A stretch of DNA of 64,000 nt, taken from contig JADGNZ010000012.1 of assembly GCA_017883205.1 (NCBI GenBank), forward strand, positions 8,151 to 72,150, read 5' to 3'. The notes beneath the pieces were generated by a model. The model saw only the letters and a program-made list of their open reading frames with translations. It had not been told where the DNA came from and made no database searches. Numbering within the stretch: the first letter of the stretch is position 1; each line of letters begins with the position of its first letter. Shown in pieces: positions 18,548-28,570 of this stretch. The position numbers were made by a program, and so were the translations under genes. This DNA is from Thermoanaerobaculia bacterium (lineage in GTDB: Bacteria; Acidobacteriota; Thermoanaerobaculia; Gp7-AA8).

Positions 18548-19575
18548 AACGTCTCCTGGTCTCGTTCGCCCTCTCACTCTTCGCCACCGCCGCCTTCGCG
18601 CAGGCTGCTGACCGTGATGTCCTCGTCACGCTCGACGGGACGGTCTACACGGTCGAGACGAAGACCCCGACCGCGGACGGCAACACGGATGCGGCCCCGC
18701 GGCTTGTGCTCACCATACAAAACGGCAGCAACATCAGCCGCGTGAACGTACCGGACTCCGAGTTGTCGTTCGGCGGCGCGCTGGCCTACGACTCAGATTC
18801 CAAGACGCTCTTCGTCCTCTGGATTTACATGCCGAACGCGATGTCGAGCGAACTACTTCTTGCCTCCTATCGCGACGGCAACTGGGCGCCCGCGGTCTCG
18901 GTCGACGACCAGGGGTATACCAATCGCTATAACCTTCGTCTCGGTATTACGCGTCGCGTTTCGCAGCTTCAGAAAGACGGCTCCTACGCCGATGTTCCAG
19001 CCCTTGTGCTGCACGCGGTCTGGTGGGAGGAGTCAGGTCACGGTCAGGATGCACGGTACGCAGCGCTATTGATAGAGAAAGGCGCCGTCTCCTCGATCGA
19101 AACCCATTCGCTCGAAGAATTTGTGGCCTCCGGCAGCGACGCCTACAACGCGGTCGATCCGAGCTTCAACACGGAAATCCTGCGCCATCCTGCCATCGTC
19201 AGCTCGCCGATGCAGAGCGCGGTCGATGTCGTCTTCGGTGACACGAAGACCAACACGATCCACGGTGTAACGCTCCATCCCATCGCTGATACGCGCGTGC
19301 ATATTCCGGTGGGAATCGGCGGTGGCGGACCTGGCGGCGGTGGCAAGCCTATGAGCCTCGCGGCGCCACCCAGCTTCAGCTCCAACTGGAAGGGGCCAAT
19401 CAGCGTCATCGAGCGCGGCGACCGTCTCGCGTTCGCCAACGCCGGAGACACCTCGCTCAACTACATCACCTACGCAAACGGAACGTGGAGCGACGTCAAG
19501 TCGATCGCTATCGACAACAAGCTCTCAGCCGAAGCGGCCCTCGCGGCGCTCGACAAGATGGTGAGTACGCAGTAG
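18544..19575 (+). CDS. secreted hypothetical protein
   Basis: Signal peptide MKRLLVSFALSLFATAAFAQA. Overlaps the TPR gene stop by 4 nt. Followed by a terminator. Confidence 0.55.
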   Translation: MKRLLVSFALSLFATAAFAQAADRDVLVTLDGTVYTVETKTPTADGNTDAAPRLVLTIQNGSNISRVNVPDSELSFGGALAYDSDSKTLFVLWIYMPNAMSSELLLASYRDGNWAPAVSVDDQGYTNRYNLRLGITRRVSQLQKDGSYADVPALVLHAVWWEESGHGQDARYAALLIEKGAVSSIETHSLEEFVASGSDAYNAVDPSFNTEILRHPAIVSSPMQSAVDVVFGDTKTNTIHGVTLHPIADTRVHIPVGIGGGGPGGGGKPMSLAAPPSFSSNWKGPISVIERGDRLAFANAGDTSLNYITYANGTWSDVKSIAIDNKLSAEAALAALDKMVSTQ

Positions 19576-19605
19576 CAATCCTCACGCACGATCCACGATG
19601 CGAAG

Positions 19606-19642
19606 AGCCGGCGACGTTCGCCGGCTCTTTTTGTTTTCGGTG
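19606..19642 (+). terminator. Rho-independent terminator
   Basis: agagccggcg-acgtt-cgccggctct followed by ttttgtttt. Confidence 0.7.
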
Positions 19643-19785
19643 TCCCGCGGAGATACGAGCAAGCGTCAACGGGGCAGGAACGGCGCGGCGTCAACGTCCT
19701 CGCCGAGTCCACAATTCGATGCTTCTTAGCCGCCGCAGCAGCGATCCGGCACCGCCATTGCTGAACCTCGTCCCGGAGGTACTCC

Positions 19786-19953
19786 GTGAACTGGTTCAAT
19801 CTTTCGTTCGTGGGCTGGGTCATTCTGATCGCGGCGCTGGCGATTGCCGCCTACAAGCTGCATGTGCCGAACATCTGGATTGGCATCGGCGCGCTGGCGC
19901 TGGTGGGTATCGGGGTCATCGCCTCGGTGGCGAAGGCGAAGCCGCGCATCTGA
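19786..19953 (+). CDS. small (55 aa) two-helix membrane protein, hypothetical
   Basis: GTG start with a GGAGGT ribosome-binding site 6 nt upstream. It translates to MNWFNLSFVGWVILIAALAIAAYKLHVPNIWIGIGALALVGIGVIASVAKAKPRI. It falls below the 60-aa cut-off of the supplied ORF track. Confidence 0.35.
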   Translation: MNWFNLSFVGWVILIAALAIAAYKLHVPNIWIGIGALALVGIGVIASVAKAKPRI

Positions 19954-20018
19954 TCCGCAAACACAAAGGCCCGGCGGGTCATCCGCCAGGCCTTTACCTG
20001 CACGCAGAGTGATCGAGG

Positions 20019-20336
20019 CTACAGCTTGTACGCGAGGAACGCGATGACCAGCGCGTAGATGACCAGCGACTCGATGAGGGCGAGACCGATGATCATCGAA
20101 AGGCGGATCGCGCCGGCCGCGCCCGGGTTGCGGGCGATGCCCTCGACCGAAGCGGCAATGGCGCGGCCCTGGCCGATGGCGCCCGCTGCTGCTGCGATCC
20201 CGAGAACGAATGCCGCGGCCAGAACACCCCAACGCACGCCTGTGGGGGCGGTCGTTGCGGCCGTATCCTGCGCGAACACGGCGCCGGCGATCAGCACCGT
20301 GGACAGCGCCATCATGACGGGTTTGAACTTGCTCAT
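20019..20336 (-). CDS. atpE: F0F1 ATP synthase subunit c with N-terminal signal-like extension
   Basis: The C-terminal 70 aa form the c-ring hairpin (GAIGQGRAIAASVEGIARNPGA...LALIESLVIYALVIAF). A pre-sequence of about 35 aa is present. Confidence 0.8.
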   Translation of the reverse strand: MSKFKPVMMALSTVLIAGAVFAQDTAATTAPTGVRWGVLAAAFVLGIAAAAGAIGQGRAIAASVEGIARNPGAAGAIRLSMIIGLALIESLVIYALVIAFLAYKL

Positions 20337-20401
20337 TTCATTTTCTCCTTTCCTGAAATCTCGTTACGTTCTGTAGATGTCGTTGCAGTCGATTTTGCGG
20401 A

Positions 20402-21112
20402 TCAGTGCTCTTCCACCACGGTTGCTCCACCGATGTAGACCATCGTCAGCATGATGAAGACAAAGGTCTGCAGGAAGGCGCCGAAGATGCCGAGGCCCAT
20501 CATCGGCCAGGGAAGAACGAAAGGCAGCATCCCCATGAAGATGCCGGTGGCGGCATGCTCGCCGAAGATGTTGCCGAACAAGCGCATCCCGAGCGACAGG
20601 ATGCGCGCCAGATGTCCGATGATCTCGATGGGGATCATCAGGGGCGCCAGGATCGGCATCGGTCCCATGAAGTGCTTCAGGTAGTGCACGATGCCCTGCG
20701 TCTTGATGCCCTGGTAGTTGTAGTAGACGAAGGCGCAGAGAGCGAGGCCGAACGTCGTATTGGGATTGCTCGTCGGCGGCTGCAGGAAGAAGAAGAGCGC
20801 GAAGATATTCGAGAGGAAGATGAAGACGGCAAATCCGCCGATGATGTAGAGGTGGCGGTCGCCTTCGTGCCCGATGATGTCGCGTAGCAGATCGCGGAGA
20901 CCACCGACGACGAGCTCGAGCAACTGCTGGAAGTGGCTGGGATTCTCGCGGCTGATCCTCCGCGACATCAGCGGAAACAGGACGCAACTGATGGCCAGGA
21001 CGAGCAGCGCCATGATCACGTGATCCGGCACATCCCAGGCGAAGCGGTGCTGCACGCTGTGCCACAGCGTATTGAACGGCGCGTAAAGAATCGAGCTTTC
21101 GTGTTCCATCAA
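20402..21112 (-). CDS. atpB: F0F1 ATP synthase subunit a
   Basis: Conserved a-subunit C-terminal region LSLGMRLFGNIFGEH (with the key Arg) and five TM helices. Confidence 0.8.
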   Translation of the reverse strand: MMEHESSILYAPFNTLWHSVQHRFAWDVPDHVIMALLVLAISCVLFPLMSRRISRENPSHFQQLLELVVGGLRDLLRDIIGHEGDRHLYIIGGFAVFIFLSNIFALFFFLQPPTSNPNTTFGLALCAFVYYNYQGIKTQGIVHYLKHFMGPMPILAPLMIPIEIIGHLARILSLGMRLFGNIFGEHAATGIFMGMLPFVLPWPMMGLGIFGAFLQTFVFIMLTMVYIGGATVVEEH

Positions 21113-21115
21113 CCT

Positions 21116-21511
21116 CTATCGGGAGACGCTTCGGAATGTCGAGTACACAGCTTCACCCATGATTCCCACCACCACAATCGAGAACCCCAGCAACACACTT
21201 GCAGCATTGACGCGAGCTACGAAGATTGTGACCAAAAGCGCCGCACCGACGAGAGCGAAGCGAGACAACGTACGGATTGTCACTCTCCCGAGATGCCGAT
21301 GCTGCGCTGGCTGGAGCAGAGTCTCGACGATCTCCTCCAACCAAAGGAAATTGATCATAGTTACGAGACCACTGCAAGTCAATCCGATCAATCCACGCCA
21401 CCCCGACAGCAGCAAAACGGGGATGGCGAAAACGCCGCACGCAGCGAGCGCGATCCGGCGGATGCGCCCGAGCACGACCGCGGGAGGATCATCCTGAAGA
21501 GCCGTCGTCAT
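21116..21511 (-). CDS. atpI: ATP synthase protein I (AtpI-like membrane protein)
   Basis: Hydrophobic four-helix protein of 131 aa lying between atpZ and atpB. Confidence 0.5.
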   Translation of the reverse strand: MTTALQDDPPAVVLGRIRRIALAACGVFAIPVLLLSGWRGLIGLTCSGLVTMINFLWLEEIVETLLQPAQHRHLGRVTIRTLSRFALVGAALLVTIFVARVNAASVLLGFSIVVVGIMGEAVYSTFRSVSR

Positions 21512-21767
21512 TCCGCAAACCGATCCGGAAAAGGTTGATGAACGCGGCGATGACGCCGAACCCTGTGAAGATCCACGTCAGCCACGGACTGGTGTGAAAG
21601 AACTTGTCCATCCCCCACCCCCAGGCATATCCGAGTCCGATGGCGATAGGGAACATGAGACCGATCGACGACGCCTCGAGCAGGGTTTCGTTCTGGCGGA
21701 TCTTCTTTCCGCTGTCGCTGTCCTTATCGTCCGGCATGGGGCGTGAGCGCCGCATGCGCGGCGACAT
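21489..21767 (-). CDS. atpZ: AtpZ/ATPase_gene1 family small membrane protein
   Basis: LGYAWGWGMDKFFHTSPWLTWIFTGFGVIAAFINLFRI matches the ATPase_gene1 (AtpZ) pattern. It lies immediately upstream of atpI. The exact start among M1/M5/M11 is unresolved. Confidence 0.55.
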   Translation of the reverse strand: MSPRMRRSRPMPDDKDSDSGKKIRQNETLLEASSIGLMFPIAIGLGYAWGWGMDKFFHTSPWLTWIFTGFGVIAAFINLFRIGLRNDDGSSG

Positions 21768-23202
21768 GGCTCGAGGAAAGCACGGCCTGATCGATCAACG
21801 ACGACGGCACGATGCCGAGGGCCAGCGTCACGACGAGGCAGATCCCTGCCACGATCCTGAGCGGCGTCGTGATCGCGAACTCTGCTTCCACTCCTTCGCG
21901 CAGATACATCGCAACGACGAGGCGGAGGTAGTAGAACATCGACACAGCAGACATGAGCACGGCGATCACTGCGAGCCAGCCGAAGCCGGCCTGCACGGCC
22001 GCCGCGAAGAGGAAGTACTTGCCGATGAAGCCTGCCGTCGGTGGAATGCCGCCGAGCGACAGGAGAAAGATGACCATCGCGAACGCCCAGAGCGGCGACC
22101 GGCGGCTGAGGCCTTCGAAGTCATCGACACGCTCACCGGCATACTGGTGGCGGCGCAGCATCAGGACCGTTGCCCAGATGCCGAGGTTAGCGAATACGTA
22201 GACCACGGAGTACATCAGGATCCCGCGCAACCCGAGAGCGTTGAGCGAGATGACTCCGAGCAACACGTAGCCGGCGTGTGCGATCGATGAGTAGCCAAGC
22301 ATTCGCTTGACGTTGTCCTGCGTGATCGCCGCCAGGTTGCCGATGATCATCGACAGCGCGGAGATCGTGGCCAGAACGTAGTTCCACTCGAGGTGAAAAT
22401 CGTGCAGACCGGTATAGAAGATGCGCGCGAAGATGGCGAAGGCGGCGGCCTTGGAACCGGTGGAGAGGAATGCCGCGATGGGCGTCGGCGCGCCTTCGTA
22501 GACATCCGGCGTCCACACATGGAACGGGACGGCCGCGATCTTGAAACAGAGTCCCGCGCCGAGCAGCATGATGCCGAACATCAGCGCGTCGTTGGTGACG
22601 ATCGTCGACATGGCCGCGGCGATGTCGAGCAGATTGAGCGATCCGCAGACGCCGTAGATCAGCGAGATTCCGTAGAGCAGAATCGCCGAGCTGACGGCGC
22701 CGAGGATGAAGTACTTCATCGCCGCTTCGGTCGATTTCAGCTCGCTCTTGTAGAAGCCGGCAAGGATGTAGCTCGAAAGTGAAAGCAGCTCGAGTCCGAT
22801 GTAGATCGTGATGAGGTGGACACCCGAGGCCATGAACATCATGCCGCAGAGGGCGAACCCCAACAGCGAGTAGTACTCCCACGGCGAGTACTTCCCCTCT
22901 GCAAGGAAGTCTTCCGAGAGCATCACCAGCATGGCGATGGCACCGATGAAGAGAAGCTTGAAGAAGATCGAGAATCCATCCAGGGCGAACATCGCCTGGA
23001 GCTGACGCGACTGATCGATGTTCTCGACCGCGTGCGAGCAGTAAATGAGCGCACCGGCGGTGATGGCGAGCAGGATGATCATCATCCACTTCGCCGAGAG
23101 CTTCGCGCCGCGCCCGCCCGTGACCGGGACGAGCAGCATCGCCGAGGCGCCGATGGTCAGGATGACCTCCGGCAGGATGTAGATCATGTCGTTCCAGTTC
23201 AT
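21724..23202 (-). CDS. nuoN: NADH-quinone oxidoreductase subunit N
   Basis: Antiporter-like subunit. Last gene of the nuo operon, overlapping nuoM by 4 nt. Confidence 0.85.
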   Translation of the reverse strand: MNWNDMIYILPEVILTIGASAMLLVPVTGGRGAKLSAKWMMIILLAITAGALIYCSHAVENIDQSRQLQAMFALDGFSIFFKLLFIGAIAMLVMLSEDFLAEGKYSPWEYYSLLGFALCGMMFMASGVHLITIYIGLELLSLSSYILAGFYKSELKSTEAAMKYFILGAVSSAILLYGISLIYGVCGSLNLLDIAAAMSTIVTNDALMFGIMLLGAGLCFKIAAVPFHVWTPDVYEGAPTPIAAFLSTGSKAAAFAIFARIFYTGLHDFHLEWNYVLATISALSMIIGNLAAITQDNVKRMLGYSSIAHAGYVLLGVISLNALGLRGILMYSVVYVFANLGIWATVLMLRRHQYAGERVDDFEGLSRRSPLWAFAMVIFLLSLGGIPPTAGFIGKYFLFAAAVQAGFGWLAVIAVLMSAVSMFYYLRLVVAMYLREGVEAEFAITTPLRIVAGICLVVTLALGIVPSSLIDQAVLSSSHVAAHAALTPHAGR

Positions 23203-24794
23203 CGGCTAGTCTCGACCGCGGTCACGGCAACGGGCGCGGCCGGCGGATACGCGAGCTGCTGTTTCGCAAAGTACGTCGGATCGACTTTGCGAACGACGTA
23301 GTTGACCGGCTCTTCGATGATGTCAAAGAAGACGCCCGGTTTGATTCCGATCCAGACCATGAGCACGACCAGCGACAGGAGCAATCCGAGCTCGCGCTTG
23401 TTGACGTCGAGAAGGTTCTTGTTCGCCGGATTGTCGAGCGGTCCCCAGAAGACGCGCTGGTAGAGCCAGAGCAAGTATGCCGCGCCGAGCACGATGCCGA
23501 TCGAGGCGAACGACGCCCAGACGATGGAGCGATTGGCCGCGCCGAGAAGGATCGTGAACTCGCCGACGAAACCGTTGAGCGCCGGCAGCCCCATCGAGGA
23601 AAGCGCAGCAATGAGGAAGAGCGTCGCGTACACCGGCATCACCTTCGCCAGACCGCCGTACTCCGCGATCATCCTCGTGTGTCGCCGTTCGTAAATGATG
23701 CCGACGAGCAGGAAGAGCGCGCCGGTCGAGATGCCGTGATTGATCATCTGAATCACGGAGCCTTTGAGACCCATCGGATTGAGGGCGAACATGCCCAGCA
23801 TGACGAAGCCGAGGTGCGAGACGGACGAGTACGCGACGAGCTTCTTCATGTCTTTCTGCACGAGCGACACGAGCGCGCCGTAGATGATGCCAATGATCGA
23901 TAGCGCGACCACCCACGGCAGCCACTGCTTCGTTCCGTCCGGCAGGATGGGAAGTGCGAAGCGCACGAAGCCGTAGGTTCCCATCTTCAGAAGAACGGCC
24001 GCGAGGATGATCGAGCCGGCGGTCGGAGCTTCGACGTGCGCATCAGGAAGCCATGTATGGAACGGGAACATGGGGACTTTGATGGCGAAGCCGAGGAAGA
24101 AGCCGAGGAAGATCCAGAACTGCAGCGTCGGCGGGATCAGGTGTCCGATCTTGTGATACTGCAACACTGAGAACGTTGCGGCGTTGCCGAGACCTTTGAT
24201 GTTGAGAAACGGGATGCCATCCGAGTTGAAGAAGTAGAGCGCCAGGATCGACAGCAGCATCACCACCGATCCGGACAGCGTGTAGAGGAAGAACTTGATC
24301 GCCGCGTAGAGCTTTCGCGGGCCGCCCCAGATGCCGATGATGAAGTACATCGGCACGAGCATGATTTCCCAGAAGACGTAGAAGAGGAAGAAGTCGAGCG
24401 CGCAGAAGGTGCCGATCATTCCCGTCTGCAGCAGGAGCAGCAGGATGTAGTACTCCTTCTGCCGGTGATCGATCGCGGCGAACGAGGAGACGACGGCGAT
24501 GATGCCCATGAACGTCGTCAGCAGGATGAGCAGGAGCGAGATGCCGTCGATGCCGAAGTCGTACTTGACGTTCAGTGAAGGAATCCAGGAGTGGATGAAG
24601 CGGAACTGCCACATCCCGTCGCCGGTCCCTTTCGGATTGAAATTGAACCAGAGGTAGAGCGAGGCGATGAAGTCGGCGACGGCAACGAACGTGGCCGTGT
24701 AGCGGATAGCCTTGCCATTCTCTTTCGGGAGAAACAAGAGAATGAGGACCGCGCCGATCAGCGGGATATAGGTGACGATGTTGAGAATGCCCAT
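23199..24794 (-). CDS. nuoM: NADH-quinone oxidoreductase subunit M
   Basis: Conserved NuoM/ND4 motifs (WLPDAHVEAPTAGS). Confidence 0.85.
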   Translation of the reverse strand: MGILNIVTYIPLIGAVLILLFLPKENGKAIRYTATFVAVADFIASLYLWFNFNPKGTGDGMWQFRFIHSWIPSLNVKYDFGIDGISLLLILLTTFMGIIAVVSSFAAIDHRQKEYYILLLLLQTGMIGTFCALDFFLFYVFWEIMLVPMYFIIGIWGGPRKLYAAIKFFLYTLSGSVVMLLSILALYFFNSDGIPFLNIKGLGNAATFSVLQYHKIGHLIPPTLQFWIFLGFFLGFAIKVPMFPFHTWLPDAHVEAPTAGSIILAAVLLKMGTYGFVRFALPILPDGTKQWLPWVVALSIIGIIYGALVSLVQKDMKKLVAYSSVSHLGFVMLGMFALNPMGLKGSVIQMINHGISTGALFLLVGIIYERRHTRMIAEYGGLAKVMPVYATLFLIAALSSMGLPALNGFVGEFTILLGAANRSIVWASFASIGIVLGAAYLLWLYQRVFWGPLDNPANKNLLDVNKRELGLLLSLVVLMVWIGIKPGVFFDIIEEPVNYVVRKVDPTYFAKQQLAYPPAAPVAVTAVETSR

Positions 24795-24814
24795 CTTTTC
24801 TCCGAGGAAGCAGA

Positions 24815-24900
24815 GATGAGAGATCAGAGATCAAAGATCAGGGTGGCGCCAACAGACTGCCCCCTGATCTCTGATCTCTAGTCTCTGATCTCTACGCCCT
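24815..24900. repeat. inverted repeat of GATCAGAGATC units in the nuoM-nuoL intergenic gap
   Basis: gagatcagagatcaaagatcagg...cctgatctctgatctctagtctctgatctc. These are the same units that form the core of the family A elements. Confidence 0.7.
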
Positions 24901-24906
24901 CCCCCC

Positions 24907-27078
24907 TCATGGTTTCGTAAACAAATAGACCGCGGCGATGAGGACGATGCCACCACCCATCACCAGCGCATAGTTCTGGACGAATCCGCTCTGCATCCTG
25001 CGGAAGAAACGCGAGCCGCCGCGCGCGCTGAAGCCGACTCCGTTGACGGCACCATCGACGATGAAACGGTCGAAGAGCCACGAGCCGTGCCCGAGCACGA
25101 CGACGGTCAGGTTCCGGACTCCGTTGACGATGCCGTCGATGATATTCGCATCGAACCACGACAGCGCTCGGCTGAACGCGAGCGTGCCGCCGACGAAGAC
25201 GAAGTTGTAAAACTCGTCGACGTAGTACTTGTTCTCGAGCAGACGATGGAAGAACGCGAACCGCGTCGCCATTCGCGTTGCCCGTGCGAATGCAGCATCT
25301 TTCTTGTAAAGGACGTAGGCCAGCAGCCATCCGAGGAACGCCACGGCGACGGACGACGCAATCAGCAACGCTTCCTGCATCCTGCTAGCCTCGGCGAACT
25401 CGAAGTGCTCGCCGCCAAGCGGCAGCAGGACGGGCAGAAGCCAGCGCTGGAAGATGGTGGGATGCGTCCCTCCGAGCATCTGCGGGATGCCCACGATGCC
25501 GCCGATCACCGCGAGAATCGCCAGGATCCAAAGGACTCCGGTCATGCTCCACGGAGATTCATGCGGGGTGTGAGCCTCGGCGTGATGACCGTGCGCTTTA
25601 TCGGAGTGCACGTCGCCATCATCGAGATGCAGCGAGCCTGGGATGACATCGTGGCCGGCATGCTCCGGTTCGGACTCGGGATAGCCCACGACACCGGCGG
25701 CACGGTAGTCGCCCGAGAAGGTCATGAAGTAGAGCCGGAACATGTAGAAGGCCGTGCAGGTCGCGGCGACCATGCCGAGGAAGTAGAGGAAGCCGTGATG
25801 CTCGTAGGTCGTGGCCAGGATCTCGTCTTTCGAGAAGAAGCCGGCCAACGGTGGGAATCCTGCGATGGCGATGCAGGCGATTAGCATGGTCATGCGCGTC
25901 TTCGGCATGTACTTGCGCAGCCCGCCCATCTTGCGCATGTCCTGCTCGCCGCCGCAGCCGTGAATCACCGAGCCGGCGCCGAGGAAGAGACAGGCCTTGA
26001 AGAACGCGTGCGTCATTACGTGGAAGATGGCCGCGGTGAATGCGCCGACGCCCGCTGCAAGGAACATGAATCCAAGCTGCGAGACGGTCGAATAGGCGAG
26101 GACTTTCTTGATGTCGTTCTGCGCGATGCCGATGGTGGCCGCGAAGATCGCCGTCACCGCGCCGACCGTCGCGACGACCAGCATCGCGTCAGGGGACAGC
26201 CGGAAGAGCACGTTCGAGCGGACCACCATGTAAACACCGGCGGTGACCATCGTGGCGGCGTGGATGAGCGCGGAGACGGGCGTCGGGCCGGCCATGGCGT
26301 CGGGCAGCCACACATACAACGGGATCTGCGCCGACTTACCGCACGCACCGACGAACAGCAGCAGGCAGATCGTGGTAGCGATTCCTGCGTACGCCTGCGG
26401 GTGCGCGCTGGCAAGCGCGAAGACCTTTCCGAAGTCCGCGGTGCCGAAGGTGTTGAAGATGAGGAAGACGCCGAGGATGAAACCGAAGTCGCCGATGCGG
26501 TTGGCGACGAATGCCTTCTTGCCCGCGTCCGCTGCGAAGTTCTTATCGTAGTAGAAGCCGATCAGCAGATACGAGCAGAGACCGACCCCTTCCCACCCGA
26601 CGAACATGACCATGTAGTTCGCTCCGAGTACGAGGAGCAACATCATGAACATGAAGAGATTGAGGTAGGTGAAGAAGCGCGTGTAGCCCTCTTCGTGCGC
26701 CATGTAGCCTGTGGCGTAGACGTGGATGAGGAAGCCGACCCACGTGACGATGAGGAGCATGGTGCAGGAGAGCGCGTCGATGCGGAAGGCGAAATCGACG
26801 GCGAAGCTGGCGATCGTGTTCCCCGCGGCGTGGCCGAGTCCCGCCGGGATCCATGTGTAGTAGGCGTGCTGGAACGCCGCTGATGCGCCGCCGCCGACGT
26901 AAGCGATGACGGTCCACGCGGCGAGGATCGCGGAGAGCCCCGTCGAGCCGAGTGCGATCACGTTCGTGACCGCGCGATTCTTCGGCGTAAGCGGCGACGC
27001 CGCGGCGCGCAGGCCGTTGATCAGCGCGCCAAGCGCGGGAAGGAGCGGGATGAGCAGGAGGACGGTTGCGTTAACCAT
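24907..27078 (-). CDS. nuoL: NADH-quinone oxidoreductase subunit L (long form with His-rich insertion)
   Basis: ND5 family. 723 aa, with an insertion HAGHDVIPGSLHLDDGDVHSDKAHGHHAEAH. Confidence 0.85.
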   Translation of the reverse strand: MVNATVLLLIPLLPALGALINGLRAAASPLTPKNRAVTNVIALGSTGLSAILAAWTVIAYVGGGASAAFQHAYYTWIPAGLGHAAGNTIASFAVDFAFRIDALSCTMLLIVTWVGFLIHVYATGYMAHEEGYTRFFTYLNLFMFMMLLLVLGANYMVMFVGWEGVGLCSYLLIGFYYDKNFAADAGKKAFVANRIGDFGFILGVFLIFNTFGTADFGKVFALASAHPQAYAGIATTICLLLFVGACGKSAQIPLYVWLPDAMAGPTPVSALIHAATMVTAGVYMVVRSNVLFRLSPDAMLVVATVGAVTAIFAATIGIAQNDIKKVLAYSTVSQLGFMFLAAGVGAFTAAIFHVMTHAFFKACLFLGAGSVIHGCGGEQDMRKMGGLRKYMPKTRMTMLIACIAIAGFPPLAGFFSKDEILATTYEHHGFLYFLGMVAATCTAFYMFRLYFMTFSGDYRAAGVVGYPESEPEHAGHDVIPGSLHLDDGDVHSDKAHGHHAEAHTPHESPWSMTGVLWILAILAVIGGIVGIPQMLGGTHPTIFQRWLLPVLLPLGGEHFEFAEASRMQEALLIASSVAVAFLGWLLAYVLYKKDAAFARATRMATRFAFFHRLLENKYYVDEFYNFVFVGGTLAFSRALSWFDANIIDGIVNGVRNLTVVVLGHGSWLFDRFIVDGAVNGVGFSARGGSRFFRRMQSGFVQNYALVMGGGIVLIAAVYLFTKP

Positions 27079-27385
27079 TCAACTCCCTCGCTTCGTCGAC
27101 GTTGATCGTGCTCTTGAGGCGGTACAACTGGATGATGATGGCCAGGCCGACCGCGGCCTCCCCTGCTGCAACGGTGATGATGAAGATCGTGAAGATCTGC
27201 CCTTCCAGCGACGCGAAGCGGTGCGAGAAGGCGACGAGGTTGATGTTGACCGCATTCATCATCAACTCGATGGCCATCAGCACGGTGATCATGTTGCGGC
27301 GGATGATCACGCCGACGAGACCGATGGCGAAGAGCGTCCCCGAAAGCATCAGATAGGCTTCGGTGGTCGGCACTGCTTCAAGCAC
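27071..27385 (-). CDS. nuoK: NADH-quinone oxidoreductase subunit K
   Basis: ND4L family, 104 aa. Confidence 0.85.
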   Translation of the reverse strand: MLEAVPTTEAYLMLSGTLFAIGLVGVIIRRNMITVLMAIELMMNAVNINLVAFSHRFASLEGQIFTIFIITVAAGEAAVGLAIIIQLYRLKSTINVDEARELNG

Positions 27386-28047
27386 TCATGGCCTCCTTCA
27401 CCTCGTGCTCCGTCTCGCTGCGCTCGAGCATGTAGGCCGGGATGTTCTCTTCCTCGATCGCCGAGAGCTCGCGCTTTCCGATGACGATCGCGCCAATCAT
27501 GGCCACGAGCAGGAAGAGCGAGGCCACCTCGAACGGCACGAGATAGTCGGTGTAGAGCGCCATGCCTACCGCTTCGGAATTGCCGACGACTTTCCCGCGG
27601 CGAATGAGCTTGCGAACGACCGTGCCGTCCGGCTGATGCACTTTGCGATGGCGGTAGGTGTAGGTCGTCCGCAGCGCCTGATCGCTCGCCACGGGATCGT
27701 GAAAAACGCCCGGCCGGACCATCGTGAAGAAAAGGAGGAACACGGCCAGACCCACGAGCAGGCCGCCTTTCCAGAAATTCGACAGCACGCGCTCGTCAGG
27801 CAGATGCCGGACGTTGATCAGCATCACGACGAAGAGAAAGAGCACCATGATGCCGCCGGCGTAGACGAGCACCTGCACAGCGCCGACGAACTCCGCTCCC
27901 TTCATCACGAAGAGGATAGCCACGCAGAGAAAGGTCAATAACAGGAACAACGCGGAGTGAACCGGGTTCCGCATCGCCACGACGAGGATCGACGACGCAA
28001 CCGCGATCGTGCCGATGACGAGAAAAACGACCAGGGCAGGACTCAAG
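27378..28047 (-). CDS. nuoJ: NADH-quinone oxidoreductase subunit J
   Basis: ND6 family. A TTG at 28047 preceded by GAGGGAGGG is the probable start. The track ORF is extended to 28121 through the nuoI 3' end. Confidence 0.7.
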
Positions 28048-28570
28048 GCATCCCTCCCTCGATCTGTTTCGGCTCCGGTTCGTCGGCGGGAAGACCGGCG
28101 TACTCCGGCCGCCCTTCCCAATACTCGAGCTGCTGCATGTTGAAGTAGAGATCCTTGCGGTCGTAGCTGGCCAGCTCGTATGTCTTCGTAGTCAGCCAGA
28201 TCGATTTCGGCTTGGTCGGGCAGGCCTCTTCGCAGAGCGCGCAGAACATGCAGCGCTTGACGTCGATGTCGTAGCGGTCGAGAACCTTGAGCTTCTTCAT
28301 CTTGCCATCGATCTCACGCTGTTCGTCGTGGACGTCGATGTAGATGATGTCGATGGGACAGGCCAGCGCGCAGAGTTTGCAGGCGATGCAGCGGTCGAAC
28401 GAGAACTTGAACATCCCTCGGAAACGATTAGCCGGCTCCATCCGCTCTTCGGGATAGCGAATCGTCACCTTCGGCTTGAACAACTCGCGAAGAGTCGTCT
28501 TCAACCCCTCGAGCATATCGAGGAGCAGAAACTTATCGGACCATCTAGGCTTCTGATACTCGACGTGCAT
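28043..28570 (-). CDS. nuoI: NADH-quinone oxidoreductase subunit I (2x[4Fe-4S])
   Basis: CIACKLCALACP and CMFCALCEEACP ferredoxin motifs. Confidence 0.9.
   Translation of the reverse strand: MHVEYQKPRWSDKFLLLDMLEGLKTTLRELFKPKVTIRYPEERMEPANRFRGMFKFSFDRCIACKLCALACPIDIIYIDVHDEQREIDGKMKKLKVLDRYDIDVKRCMFCALCEEACPTKPKSIWLTTKTYELASYDRKDLYFNMQQLEYWEGRPEYAGLPADEPEPKQIEGGMP

Noticed and set aside
25540-25680. His-rich 40-aa insertion in NuoL, considered as a repeat-element insertion.
   Set aside because: The DNA does not resemble any repeat family. Long NuoL variants with lineage-specific loops are common.
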